A stretch of DNA of 64,000 nt, from positions 36,101 through 100,100 of the IMG/VR virus record IMGVR_UViG_3300032030_000037; one strand, written 5' to 3'. Below, one piece after another: positions 21,342-31,008 of the stretch. The position numbers and the translations under genes were made by a program. Position 1 is the stretch's first letter. The number at the start of each line of letters is the position of its first letter. The notes below the pieces were generated by a model, which did no database searches, was not told where the DNA came from, and was given only the letters and a program-made list of their open reading frames with translations. This stretch comes from a virus. Lineage: Duplodnaviria > Caudoviricetes.

Positions 21342-21903
21342 ATCCGCTAACCTTTTTTCTTAGATCTTCGGACTTCTTCTTATCCTTATAGTGTTTATAT
21401 GCCTTGATACCACCATAAGTTAATCCGGACGCAGCAAGAACAGAACCACCAATTATAAGGCCTTTTTTATTATTTTTTAGAATCTCTGAAAGTTTTTTCT
21501 TTCCTTTCTTGACAGTCTCAACTTCAACCTCAACCTTGGGCTTTGGTTTATCGAAAGACTTGGCAAAATTTTCTAGATTTTCTTCTTTTGGTTTTGGTTT
21601 ATCTTGATAGAGGTAGTTCTTTAGGCCATACTTTTTTCCATTCAGCTCCTTTCCCGCCTTATCTAGCTCTTCTTTCCAATTATCATTAACCTTTTTAACT
21701 GCTTTCTTATAAGGCTTGCTTCCCTTTTCAAAAACTTCTTCAATTCTATTAATATCCTCTTCTGCTTTTCTATCTATTTCAGCCTTTCGTTGTTTAAACT
21801 GCTTAGCTAATTCATTTCGTTTTTGTAGAAGCTCTTCTTTTCCTTTTTCAGTAAGCCCTTCAAGATCTGCTTTAGAATACAATTTTTGTCGTAGTAATAT
21901 CAT
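21313..21903 (-). CDS. Coiled-coil protein with MILLRQKLYS leader and C-terminal TM anchor
   Basis: GLIIGGSVLAASGLTYGGI flanked by lysines. Confidence 0.7.
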   Translation of the reverse strand: MILLRQKLYSKADLEGLTEKGKEELLQKRNELAKQFKQRKAEIDRKAEEDINRIEEVFEKGSKPYKKAVKKVNDNWKEELDKAGKELNGKKYGLKNYLYQDKPKPKEENLENFAKSFDKPKPKVEVEVETVKKGKKKLSEILKNNKKGLIIGGSVLAASGLTYGGIKAYKHYKDKKKSEDLRKKVSGYDNTKKKKS

Positions 21904-22391
21904 TTTTCTATGCTCTCACAATGAGCCCTCCAATTATTTTTATTCTTTTTCCACTCCTCATGACGTAGGAAAAGAGGAGTTCTATATTTCTTCAAGTTCT
22001 CCTTCGTGGCCTTGTATTCTAAGTTACCCTGATTTCCATAGGCTTGTTTTTCTACAGATATAAGATAGTAACTTCCAGAAAATCCAGTCCACGTAAATAG
22101 GAGATTAAGAAGATATTCTCCCAGATATCTAAGATAAAACGAAAACCAAGTCTTCCCCATCATTTGAGCCTGTTGAAGGTGTATCTCCTCATGTTTCTTA
22201 GTCCATACAGAGATGTCTTCTGGATTTTTTCTTGTTATTAATTTTCCTGCCCATGACATAGCACCATAGCCTTGCCATGGATAATATTTCATTTGAACAA
22301 CTTCTAAGTGTTCATTATCTTTTGACATCCTAGAGAACAAAGTTTTCACAAGATACCAAGTTTCTGCAAACCACGTTTTCATATTATACAC
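21900..22391 (-). CDS. HExxH zincin-like protein
   Basis: KHEEIHLQQ ... VEKQAY. Confidence 0.55.
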   Translation of the reverse strand: MYNMKTWFAETWYLVKTLFSRMSKDNEHLEVVQMKYYPWQGYGAMSWAGKLITRKNPEDISVWTKKHEEIHLQQAQMMGKTWFSFYLRYLGEYLLNLLFTWTGFSGSYYLISVEKQAYGNQGNLEYKATKENLKKYRTPLFLRHEEWKKNKNNWRAHCESIEK

Positions 22392-23043
22392 AATTTGAAT
22401 TAATCCAGGTTGTTGTTATTTCTTCCATACTGCTTTCACTCATAGGTCTTGATAGAGTTACTATTGAATTTATAACTGTTCCAAGCTCTGCATAGGTATC
22501 TGCTGTAACCGTGGAAGGGTCTATTAAAGTGCAAGTGAAAGCATTAGATAAATCACTGGGAGTAGCAGACCAATAAAATTGTGCATTTACTACTTCAACA
22601 GAATTATATCCATTAGCATGAACAGCAAACCAAATTTCCCCATCACCATCTTTACCGAATATTACTTTAGAGTTAACCCCACTAAGAGCACCAGAAGCAC
22701 CGAGACAAAATGCAGTAGGACTATACCACCCTTTATTAGTTGAATAGTTATATCCACCTATATTAATAATTCTATGAGTATATCCGCCCGCAACTTTTAT
22801 GGTTATGGAAAACATACATCCATAGTTTATATTAATTCTTATCTTAAACCACTTAGCTGCACTAGCTTCACTAAATTTAATTCTGTGACTAAATGTAGAA
22901 GCATGATATCCATCCAAGAGGTCTGCATTTAGATTGGTAACTTTATTTGTATTGCTCATTGTTCCACCGGATAATGGAAGGAATAACGACTTTATTTTGG
23001 CCCATACTTTTTGAAGTCCAGAGTATGATAAATATTTTGCCAT
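22384..23043 (-). CDS. Tail fibre/receptor-binding-like protein
   Basis: KYLSYSGL..VW.KIK N-terminus and LPLSGGTM...NLNADLLDGY repeat. Confidence 0.6.
   Translation of the reverse strand: MAKYLSYSGLQKVWAKIKSLFLPLSGGTMSNTNKVTNLNADLLDGYHASTFSHRIKFSEASAAKWFKIRININYGCMFSITIKVAGGYTHRIINIGGYNYSTNKGWYSPTAFCLGASGALSGVNSKVIFGKDGDGEIWFAVHANGYNSVEVVNAQFYWSATPSDLSNAFTCTLIDPSTVTADTYAELGTVINSIVTLSRPMSESSMEEITTTWINSNCV
22907..22980. repeat. 74-bp direct repeat, copy A
   Basis: 70/74 identical to 23869-23942 by manual alignment. Confidence 0.9.
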
Positions 23044-23056
23044 TCCTTAGTCCTCC

Positions 23057-23389
23057 CTAAAATTCTGGTGCTTTGGGTTCTTCGGCCGGGAAATCTTCAT
23101 AGTCTCCTTCCCCAGACTCTTCGGCGGTATCATCATCAATCGGCGCATTAAGGTCATAAGGGTCGGAAGAATCATCATAACTTCTAGTCCTAGGTCTTCC
23201 AAATCCGCCTCCATATCCTCCGCCATACATTCCACCGCCGAAGTCTCTATCACGATGAGAAGCAAAATCTCGGCCGGTGTCTCTTTCATATTTTTGGTCT
23301 TTTGTTCCTACCCTATATCCTACAAAACATAGAACTAAGAGAACAAGAACAGTTATTCCAATTACTATTAGCTCTTTCATATTATACAC
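23057..23389 (-). CDS. Membrane-anchored Gly-rich/acidic protein
   Basis: N-terminal TM, GGGMYGGGYGGGFG, acidic tail. Confidence 0.6.
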   Translation of the reverse strand: MYNMKELIVIGITVLVLLVLCFVGYRVGTKDQKYERDTGRDFASHRDRDFGGGMYGGGYGGGFGRPRTRSYDDSSDPYDLNAPIDDDTAEESGEGDYEDFPAEEPKAPEF

Positions 23390-24296
23390 AAATATTATTA
23401 ATTTCTGTAGTTGTCATTTCGTTAGTTTCCGTAATATTTTTTATTGGAACCACAGTTACTAGATTAGTTATCTCAGAGCTGTCAGGCATGGCAGAGTTCG
23501 TTATACTTGCTACATGATTAGTGTGTCCATTAGAAGACTGTGTATACCATCTAACGTAAAATGTTTGATATGATCCAGTTCTATAGAACCATATACATAC
23601 TTTTCCATTATATCTGAAAAGTTTAATCTCCTCTATAGAATTGTTTCCAAGGCTTATTGCTTTAGGAGACCCAATTATACCACCAGACGAGGTGTAGTCA
23701 TAGAAGTTTAAAAGAATCATAAATGGGGTCTTATCTCCTCCGCTTCCATAACTATTTCCAGTAATCTCTACATAACACATGTTTGAGCCTGCTGCAGCAA
23801 AGTCTGAAGTAACTAAACATCCATTTCCAAAATTATATGCCATCCTAACAAGAAACATGCTGCTATCGTATCCATCTAAGAGGTCTGCATTTAGGTTAGT
23901 AACTTTATTTGTATTGCTCATTGTTCCACCAGATAATGGAAGATAATTTCCTAAATTTCCTAAAGCTACCTCTTTCCATCCATCAGAACCAGATCCACGA
24001 ACATAAAATTTCTTAGTTGAGACGTTCCATCCAATACCCATATGATACCCATATCCACCTATATTGAGACCAACAGCATAGTTACTACCACCTGGAACGA
24101 CTCCCTCATCTAAAGGTGCTTGACCATAAGAAGACATTATTGATAGTCCAGCACCTGAAGCAGGAACAGCCCAATATCTATAATTTCCAAATTTAATCGG
24201 GGCTGTCATTGTTCCTGTTCCAGAAAGATCTAGAAAAGTCCCTTTTATTTTCCCCCATACCGTTTCTAACCCCGATAGAGATAAATATTTTACCAT
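23382..24296 (-). CDS. Tail fibre/receptor-binding-like protein
   Basis: Same N-terminus and repeat as 22384. The C-terminal GNSY...GKVCIWF...YQTF domain resembles Bacteroidota phage fibres. Confidence 0.65.
   Translation of the reverse strand: MVKYLSLSGLETVWGKIKGTFLDLSGTGTMTAPIKFGNYRYWAVPASGAGLSIMSSYGQAPLDEGVVPGGSNYAVGLNIGGYGYHMGIGWNVSTKKFYVRGSGSDGWKEVALGNLGNYLPLSGGTMSNTNKVTNLNADLLDGYDSSMFLVRMAYNFGNGCLVTSDFAAAGSNMCYVEITGNSYGSGGDKTPFMILLNFYDYTSSGGIIGSPKAISLGNNSIEEIKLFRYNGKVCIWFYRTGSYQTFYVRWYTQSSNGHTNHVASITNSAMPDSSEITNLVTVVPIKNITETNEMTTTEINNICV
23869..23942. repeat. 74-bp direct repeat, copy B
   Basis: Encodes LPLSGGTMSNTNKVTNLNADLLDG in both genes. Confidence 0.9.
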
Positions 24297-24440
24297 ATTT
24301 TTGTTGATTTTAAAAGTAATAAAAAAGAAAGACTCAAACACGTCCTCGCCGGGATAGCTATAGTAGCCTACTATAGTATCTCCACAACAAGAAATAAACG
24401 TGCTGAGCCTATCCCTGAAATAGCTTTCCTTGACTTATTT

Positions 24441-24499
24441 CATATATAAGGCTTTTTAAGAAAAAATAGCAAAAAAGTGGGGGCAAATCCTTACATATG
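24441..24499. promoter_or_regulatory. Divergent pair of CCTTA-N5-G promoter motifs
   Basis: catatataagg (24441-51, minus) and ccttacatatg (24489-99, plus; ATG at 24502). Confidence 0.65.
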
Positions 24500-24501
24500 A
24501 T

Positions 24502-25353
24502 ATGACATACGTTATAAAAAATAAATCCAAAAACTGTATTTGGATAAAATCAAGCTATACCATACCAGAGAACGAAGACCCAGACGCTTATTCTCTAGTA
24601 TATGCTTTTCCTTGGGATATTCAGGATCTTAAAGCTTATCTTAGACCATGGATAGTTCCAAGAGAGGAATACTATCAAATTGAGGTTATAAATGCTATAG
24701 AGGAAATTAAAGATCTTAAAGAACCCCCAAAGACAGAGCTTAAACGGATATATCAAATTCCAGAAAAAGTTTCTAAATTTGAAGAAGGAATTCGTGAGCT
24801 TATTAAATTTGGGCTTCTTCATGACATCGAATTCCCCAAAGGAGATTATTCATGGATTATATATAAAGATGACTTAATTTCTTATCTATACTCGCTCTGG
24901 CCTGAAAAATATGTAGACTTAGGACTTGAATACCTAGAACTAGACCGAGAGGAAAGAGGGTTGATTCAAAAACTTTATGCTTTTAATACTAGACCTCAAC
25001 AAGAAAAGTTTCTAGAATCTGAGGGACCTAGAATATTACCAGAGTTTCTAATATCTTCTCTTAGAGCAACTCAAAAACTCTTAGGAGAAAATATAAAAGA
25101 AATCAAGCCAGAATTTGTAAATAATAACTGTATTTGGAAACCAGAAGGGCCAAGTGAGGAAGAACTAAAAGATAGGATTCTGAAGGATTTTCCTATAGGC
25201 TCATATTGGGAAAGAACAGAAGCGAGAGAGAAGCTAGATAAAATAGAAACAGATCTTGGACTTCCTGGAAAAATTAGAATTACTGACTTAGAAAAATATT
25301 TTGAACTACCTGGAGTTAAAAATAAAAAATTCAAAATCCTTAGAAGAAAATGA
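24502..25353 (+). CDS. Hypothetical protein
   Basis: 283-aa ORF. Confidence 0.7.
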   Translation: MTYVIKNKSKNCIWIKSSYTIPENEDPDAYSLVYAFPWDIQDLKAYLRPWIVPREEYYQIEVINAIEEIKDLKEPPKTELKRIYQIPEKVSKFEEGIRELIKFGLLHDIEFPKGDYSWIIYKDDLISYLYSLWPEKYVDLGLEYLELDREERGLIQKLYAFNTRPQQEKFLESEGPRILPEFLISSLRATQKLLGENIKEIKPEFVNNNCIWKPEGPSEEELKDRILKDFPIGSYWERTEAREKLDKIETDLGLPGKIRITDLEKYFELPGVKNKKFKILRRK

Positions 25354-26465
25354 TAGAAATTAAAAACACAGACAAAGAATTTTTAAAAGACCTACTAAAT
25401 GCATCATCTCCTAGTGGACAGGAACAGAAAGCTACAGAAATTTGGAAGAAATTTTTAAAAGACAATATTCCATTTCAGGCTCTGCCCCTTGACTATTATC
25501 AGGATAGAATTGGAAATAATGCCTGTTCTGTAGGTACTGGAGATACTAAGCTTCTTCTATCTGGCCATATCGATCAGGTAAATGCTAGAGTATCCTTGAT
25601 TCATGATTCTGGCCTTATCTCAATTCACTATACAGGTGGAATTGATAATCGTTGTCTCCCGGGATCTAAGGTATCTATTCTCTTAGACTCCGGCGAAGAA
25701 CTTGAGGGCGCAGTAATTAAACAGGCTATGCACTTAGATGAAAATGACAAGTGGCCTGAAAACCATCGTGACATGTCTCAAATGAAGATAGATGTCGGTG
25801 CAGAGTCTAAGGAAGAAGTCTTAGAGCTTGGAATTCATCCTGGAAGCCTAGTGTGCTATCGACCAGAAGTAAATCTAGAGTTTGGGAAAAATAGGATTTG
25901 TTCAACTTCCCTTGACGATAAGATAGCTGTCTTTATTGTAGCAGAAGTACTTAGGATTCTAGGAGAGGATTGTGCATCCTGTGGAACTTCTATTCCGGAC
26001 TCACATTGGTCAAAGAAATATCAAGTTATAGGGCTTGCTGCAACTCAAGAGGAAACTGGACTTCGAGGAGCAACAGTAGCAGCACATGGAATAAACCCTG
26101 ATATTTCACTGGATATTGATGTAGATTTTGCTTCCGATGATGAGATGTCTGGGCCTAAAGAAAAAATAGGAGATATTAAACTTGGCTCTGGCCCTATCAT
26201 TGCTTGGGGCTGTGATAAGAGTCTAAGAATTAATGTCCTCTTAAAAAATCTTGCTAAAGAAAAAGATATTAAAATTCAAGAAGTAAGCACAGGTACTGGA
26301 GGGACTAATACCGACGTTCTTCAACTTGCTTCTAAGAATTGTGAGACGGCTCACCTAGCAATTCCGAATCGTAGTATGCATTCACAAAACGAAGTGTGTG
26401 ATTGGAGAGATATTAGAGGAGCTATTGATCTTATTGTTAATGCAATTATCGAAAAGAAGATATGA
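25350..26465 (+). CDS. M42-family (TET/FrvX-like) metallo-aminopeptidase
   Basis: GHIDQ, LDDK, QEETG, DIDV, GGT.TD and MHS metal-ligand motifs. Confidence 0.88.
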   Translation: MIEIKNTDKEFLKDLLNASSPSGQEQKATEIWKKFLKDNIPFQALPLDYYQDRIGNNACSVGTGDTKLLLSGHIDQVNARVSLIHDSGLISIHYTGGIDNRCLPGSKVSILLDSGEELEGAVIKQAMHLDENDKWPENHRDMSQMKIDVGAESKEEVLELGIHPGSLVCYRPEVNLEFGKNRICSTSLDDKIAVFIVAEVLRILGEDCASCGTSIPDSHWSKKYQVIGLAATQEETGLRGATVAAHGINPDISLDIDVDFASDDEMSGPKEKIGDIKLGSGPIIAWGCDKSLRINVLLKNLAKEKDIKIQEVSTGTGGTNTDVLQLASKNCETAHLAIPNRSMHSQNEVCDWRDIRGAIDLIVNAIIEKKI

Positions 26466-26765
26466 TAGAGATAGAAATAGAAAGACGTCGCGCACTTCCC
26501 TGTTGCTTGAAAGTTTTTAAAATTAATGGAAAAGACGCATCTGAGTATGATTTTGGTGAAGGGAAACTAAGTGGATATGCTATGGAAGGGACTTGTCATC
26601 ACGAATTCAAACCAAAGATGCCGACGGAAGAAGTCTTAAAGAAATATAATATTACGCTTTCAGAATATGCCGAAATTGTAGATCGTCTTGAGGATGAGCT
26701 CTATATAGGAGGCTGTGGATGGTGTAGTTGAAAAATAAAAAGAGGGATTTAGGTCCCTCTCTTTT

Positions 26766-29393
26766 TTATTCGAAGCTTACGGATACTTCATCGCTCTCTC
26801 CTAGGTCTACAGAAATTTTTTTCTTTTCAAGATCTATATCAGGATTAAGCATCGCCTCTACAATCTTATCCTCAATCATAGTTCCAATTCCCTTTGTCAG
26901 GTCTCTGGCGCCATACCTAGTATCTGTATCTTTAACAATCTTCTCCTTCAGTTTCTTTCCAACTTTCAGAGAATAGCCTTTTTTCTTAAGTCTCTCTTTA
27001 AATTTGGCAAGCTCAAGGTCGAAGATCTTCATCATCTCGGGTTCTCCAAGACTATTGAATACGGTGATTCCAGTCAAGCGCCCTCTGAATTCCGGTCTGA
27101 ATTTCTTTTCCAGGGCCTTCATTACAGTAGACTTGTCAATCTTTTTTCTTTCTGCTTTTCCTGGTTCGATAAATCCAATTCCAGCTCCCTTAAGCTCTAA
27201 GTCTTTTGTTCCTTCATTAGACGTAAAGACTATGATAGCATTTCTGAAACTAACGTCTGTTCCATTAGCCATCTTAACCATACCAGTATCCATCATGTTG
27301 AGGAAAATGGTATTGATTATTTCTTGATTCATCTTCTCAACCTCGTCGATAAGAACAACCACACTTCCTCTGTCTCTAACCTGGTCAAGAACTGCTTTAT
27401 CTCCGTATCCAACAAAAGATGCAGTAGAACCAACGAGTTTAGTCACAGAGTGGCTTTGAGCATATTCACCTCCATCTATCCTTATCAGCGCCTTCTTATC
27501 TCCATAGATTGTCTCTGCAATCTTCTCAGCAATTAGAGTCTTTCCAACTCCAGAAGGCCCAGTAAATAGAAGTGATGCTACGGGTCTATTTTCATTTCGT
27601 AACCCGAGGAAGCTCTTAGACAATACTTTGACGACAGAGTCAATAGCTTCATCTTGACCGATAACAACTTTCTTAAGGTCATCACGCATGCTTCTGATTT
27701 TCTCCATCTCTGGCTGAATAATTTTATCTACAGCAACACCAGAAATTTTCGAAATAACTGCAGCAACGTTTTCCACGGTCACCTCAGGCCAAGATGCTTT
27801 TCCAGAAGACATCTTTTTCTTGGCATCTGCTATTTTCTTGTCTATGTCAAGGCCTACTTCTCTCAGTCTTTTTGCCTCTTCAAAATCAGAATCATCGAGA
27901 GCCTTTACCTTTGCAGCCTTGATATCCTCTCTTTCTTTTTCTAATTTCTCAAGCTCCTCCATCTTTTCAGGATTAGAGAGCTTTGTTAGAGCACCAGAGG
28001 TATCAAGAAGGTCGATAGCACGGTCAGGACTCTTTCGGTCATACATATACCTCTCACTATATTCTACACAGGCACGAATAGCTGCATCTGAATATCGTAC
28101 ATGATGAAAATCTTGATACTTCTTTACGATTCCTTTAAGAATCTTATATGTTTCTTCAGCATTCGGTTCAGTAACTAAGACCTTCTGGAATCTTCTCTTC
28201 AATGCTCCATCCTTCTCAATGTATCTTTTAAATTCGTCAAGAGTTGTAGAAGCTATAACTGTAATCTCTCCTCTACTAAGAGAAGGTTTGAGCATATCAG
28301 CGATAGAGGTTGAGTTTTCCGAAGTCGCTGAATGGAACTCGTCAAGATACAAAATAACGTTTTTTGCTTGAGCCAGTTCTTTACAGAGATTCATAACTCT
28401 TTCTTCTAACTGACCTCTGTACTGAGTTCCAGCAGTTAGGTCTGTTGTTGATACTGATACAACTCTTTTGTCCTTGAGGTCTCTCGGAACATCTCCAGAA
28501 GAAATCTTTTGAGATAGTCCTTCAACCAGCGCGGTTTTACCTGCACCGGCCTCACCTAAGAGAATTGCATTACATTTCTTTCGACAACTGAGAATTTCAA
28601 TTATCTGAGAAATTTCCTTATCTCTTCCAATAACAGGATCATATCTTCCTTCTTTAGCGTTCCAAGTCATATCAATTCCGAACTGGTCTAGTGTCGGAGT
28701 CGTAGAATTTGGATCTGCTTTTCTTGGAGACATAGCTGCTTTTTCGCCAGCTTTTTCGAATCTGGTAGCATCATCATCTTCATCCCCATCATCTTTCGAA
28801 GCCTTAGGGGCCTCTTTTTTAGGAAGTACACTAGTCGGGTCTGCAGATGTAGTGTCGCTTTTTGGAAAAACTCCCATTAACTCTCCTTTTTTCTTTAAAA
28901 TTTCCATATTTGTTATTCCTAGATAGTCTTTCATATACTGATTTACTGTATTCTTCTCGAAAAGCATAGAATTAAAGAACTCTTCTGAAGAAATATCCGT
29001 ATCGGGAGTATCTGGTCTAATGTCTTTAAGCATATCCCTAGCTGCTAGAATTCTATCCATAACTCTTGATAGATCATCAGATATAATTATCTGGTCTTTA
29101 TCAAAAATTTTATCAGAAATTCCACTATTGTCCTGATGTGGACAATATTTATCAGCATCACTAAGTGCATCTACCATGACAGATAAAAGTTTATTTCTGT
29201 CATCGCTGCTTAAGCTTTTAAATAGCTCATTAATAAGGTCTCCCTCTCCACACTTAGTTATATACTTTAGAATCAGATAATATTCAACCGAAACTAAAGA
29301 TATCTCACCGAGATTATTATCTTTAGCATGGTCAAAAGCTAAATCCATTATGTCTTTAAGCTCTTGTGATAATTTATATTTATTTGTTTCCAT
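26766..29393 (-). CDS. clpC: ClpC-like Hsp100 AAA+ ATPase
   Basis: DPVIGR, GEAGAGKT, GPSGVGKT, UVR-like DFEEAKRLR middle domain, GIGF ClpP-docking loop, YGAR. Confidence 0.88.
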   Translation of the reverse strand: METNKYKLSQELKDIMDLAFDHAKDNNLGEISLVSVEYYLILKYITKCGEGDLINELFKSLSSDDRNKLLSVMVDALSDADKYCPHQDNSGISDKIFDKDQIIISDDLSRVMDRILAARDMLKDIRPDTPDTDISSEEFFNSMLFEKNTVNQYMKDYLGITNMEILKKKGELMGVFPKSDTTSADPTSVLPKKEAPKASKDDGDEDDDATRFEKAGEKAAMSPRKADPNSTTPTLDQFGIDMTWNAKEGRYDPVIGRDKEISQIIEILSCRKKCNAILLGEAGAGKTALVEGLSQKISSGDVPRDLKDKRVVSVSTTDLTAGTQYRGQLEERVMNLCKELAQAKNVILYLDEFHSATSENSTSIADMLKPSLSRGEITVIASTTLDEFKRYIEKDGALKRRFQKVLVTEPNAEETYKILKGIVKKYQDFHHVRYSDAAIRACVEYSERYMYDRKSPDRAIDLLDTSGALTKLSNPEKMEELEKLEKEREDIKAAKVKALDDSDFEEAKRLREVGLDIDKKIADAKKKMSSGKASWPEVTVENVAAVISKISGVAVDKIIQPEMEKIRSMRDDLKKVVIGQDEAIDSVVKVLSKSFLGLRNENRPVASLLFTGPSGVGKTLIAEKIAETIYGDKKALIRIDGGEYAQSHSVTKLVGSTASFVGYGDKAVLDQVRDRGSVVVLIDEVEKMNQEIINTIFLNMMDTGMVKMANGTDVSFRNAIIVFTSNEGTKDLELKGAGIGFIEPGKAERKKIDKSTVMKALEKKFRPEFRGRLTGITVFNSLGEPEMMKIFDLELAKFKERLKKKGYSLKVGKKLKEKIVKDTDTRYGARDLTKGIGTMIEDKIVEAMLNPDIDLEKKKISVDLGESDEVSVSFE

Positions 29394-29414
29394 AATCATA
29401 TATAAGAATTTGAC

Positions 29415-30080
29415 CTATTTCGTTATTTTATATCGACTATTTTGCCAATCCAAAAATTCTTTCATTATTTCTGGTCCAAGCTTAATCTCAATACCACGCG
29501 CATATCCGTCCCGCGATAGTAATGTGAGCTCATTGCCACTATTCCAATAATCTCTACACCACTTTTTTCCATCTGGCGGAAACAAGATTCGCTTTTTTAG
29601 TCTAAGCCATACCAAGAACTTATAAATATCCCTTCTATTTTTAGGCAGAATTATTTTTTGAAAACTATAGTAGCAATAAAATCTTCTATCGTAACATATA
29701 AGTTCTTCGTAATACTTAAGAGTTATTGACTTTTTTCTTGGTAGCCACACTCTCCGAACTGACATGAAGATGTAAAAGATTTCTCCCTCTGGAAGCGGAA
29801 TAAATGGGTCATCAGATGATATGCCTACAACATGAATTGAAAAATCTTCAAAATCTATAATAACATTCCCCTCCAGTCCCAAGCCTTTTCTTACAAAATT
29901 ATATAACTCTGTCCTACCTCTGCTAACAAGATAAGAGAGTGGAGTTGATATGCTTATAATTTGACGATAATTCCAAATTTCTTTATCTAGGTCTGAAAGT
30001 AAAATACCACAAAGAAAATCTAAAGTTTCCTTGTGGTATCTTGAATTTATAAAATCACTTAATTTTGCGCTTATTCTCAT
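29415..30080 (-). CDS. Hypothetical protein
   Basis: 221-aa ORF coupled to the upstream gene. Confidence 0.6.
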   Translation of the reverse strand: MRISAKLSDFINSRYHKETLDFLCGILLSDLDKEIWNYRQIISISTPLSYLVSRGRTELYNFVRKGLGLEGNVIIDFEDFSIHVVGISSDDPFIPLPEGEIFYIFMSVRRVWLPRKKSITLKYYEELICYDRRFYCYYSFQKIILPKNRRDIYKFLVWLRLKKRILFPPDGKKWCRDYWNSGNELTLLSRDGYARGIEIKLGPEIMKEFLDWQNSRYKITK

Positions 30081-31008
30081 TTCTTCCGAAGCGTTTTCTT
30101 ATCTCCCGAAACATTTTATCTGCAAACCTATCTTCAATTGGTTTTCTATCAGTTTTATCAAAATCACTGTAGAAAAATCCATTAACTGCATCAATGCAAA
30201 GTTCAAAATCTTCTTCGGGCCTTACATAAAATTCGTTCCACAATTCCTTTCCTTCATCAAATAACACTTCTTTTACGTGTAATTGATTTACGGCTATATT
30301 ATCAAAGGTAACTGAAGAAAACGCATCTGGAAATTCTGTCTTAATAGCCTCTTCCAACCATTCTTTATTATATTTAATATCCTGTGGATCTATAGCTACT
30401 GAAGCAATATTCTCATCATATCCATGGATAAAGATCTTAAGGTCTTTTCCTTCAAGATTATCTAAGTCGTCTCCAGTAAAAATTCCAGACATTACATGAA
30501 TAGTTGGGCTACTGAAACTTTGAATTTTCTTTAAGAATTCTGAATTTTCACTGTCTTCCAAAGAAACCTCAAGTCCGCGAATAAGCCTTCTTTCAGTCCA
30601 GCCAAGAATTCTATGATAGTTTTCCATAAAGTGTTCTTGACTTATTAAGATATTTGAAAAAACTTTTTTCTTTCTAAGATATACAAGAAGTGCTAAAATT
30701 TCTGGGTTGCTTAAGTCATTTCCACTTATAGTAACCTCAGTAAAAGGCCGCAGATTCTTTATATATCTATGTATTGTTTCAATCTCATTCTCTGCCATTA
30801 ATGCTGCCTGATTATCTCCTTCTGACACAACATTGTGGTACCAAGGACAGGCAGGATCTGGTCTTTCTGTTATCATGAGATTTATATTTTCAGCAAAACT
30901 AGGAATAAAAGCATCTCCCTCAGTTTCACGTATCTTTGTTCCATCACTATAAATAGCAATAGTATAGTTTCCATTTTTATAGGAACCTAATAGTTGTTTA
31001 TCTTTCAT
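30055..31008 (-). CDS. Radical-SAM-like protein with degenerate cluster motif
   Basis: YKNGNY...SDGTKIRET...FAENINLMIT followed by ERPDPACPWYH where CxxxCxxC is expected. Confidence 0.6.
   Translation of the reverse strand: MKDKQLLGSYKNGNYTIAIYSDGTKIRETEGDAFIPSFAENINLMITERPDPACPWYHNVVSEGDNQAALMAENEIETIHRYIKNLRPFTEVTISGNDLSNPEILALLVYLRKKKVFSNILISQEHFMENYHRILGWTERRLIRGLEVSLEDSENSEFLKKIQSFSSPTIHVMSGIFTGDDLDNLEGKDLKIFIHGYDENIASVAIDPQDIKYNKEWLEEAIKTEFPDAFSSVTFDNIAVNQLHVKEVLFDEGKELWNEFYVRPEEDFELCIDAVNGFFYSDFDKTDRKPIEDRFADKMFREIRKRFGRNENKRKIK

Noticed and set aside
22907-23942. Diversity-generating retroelement TR/VR or shufflon
   Set aside because: Mismatches are synonymous and not adenine-specific, the repeats are direct, and no reverse transcriptase or invertase is in the window.
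24338-24410. HDV/theta ribozyme on the + strand (cacgtcctcgc)
   Set aside because: No P1 partner and no adjacent tRNA; better explained as a minus-strand hairpin.
27004-28104. + strand ORFs within clpC (and similar shadow ORFs across the track)
   Set aside because: Antisense or alternate-frame shadows of well-supported genes.
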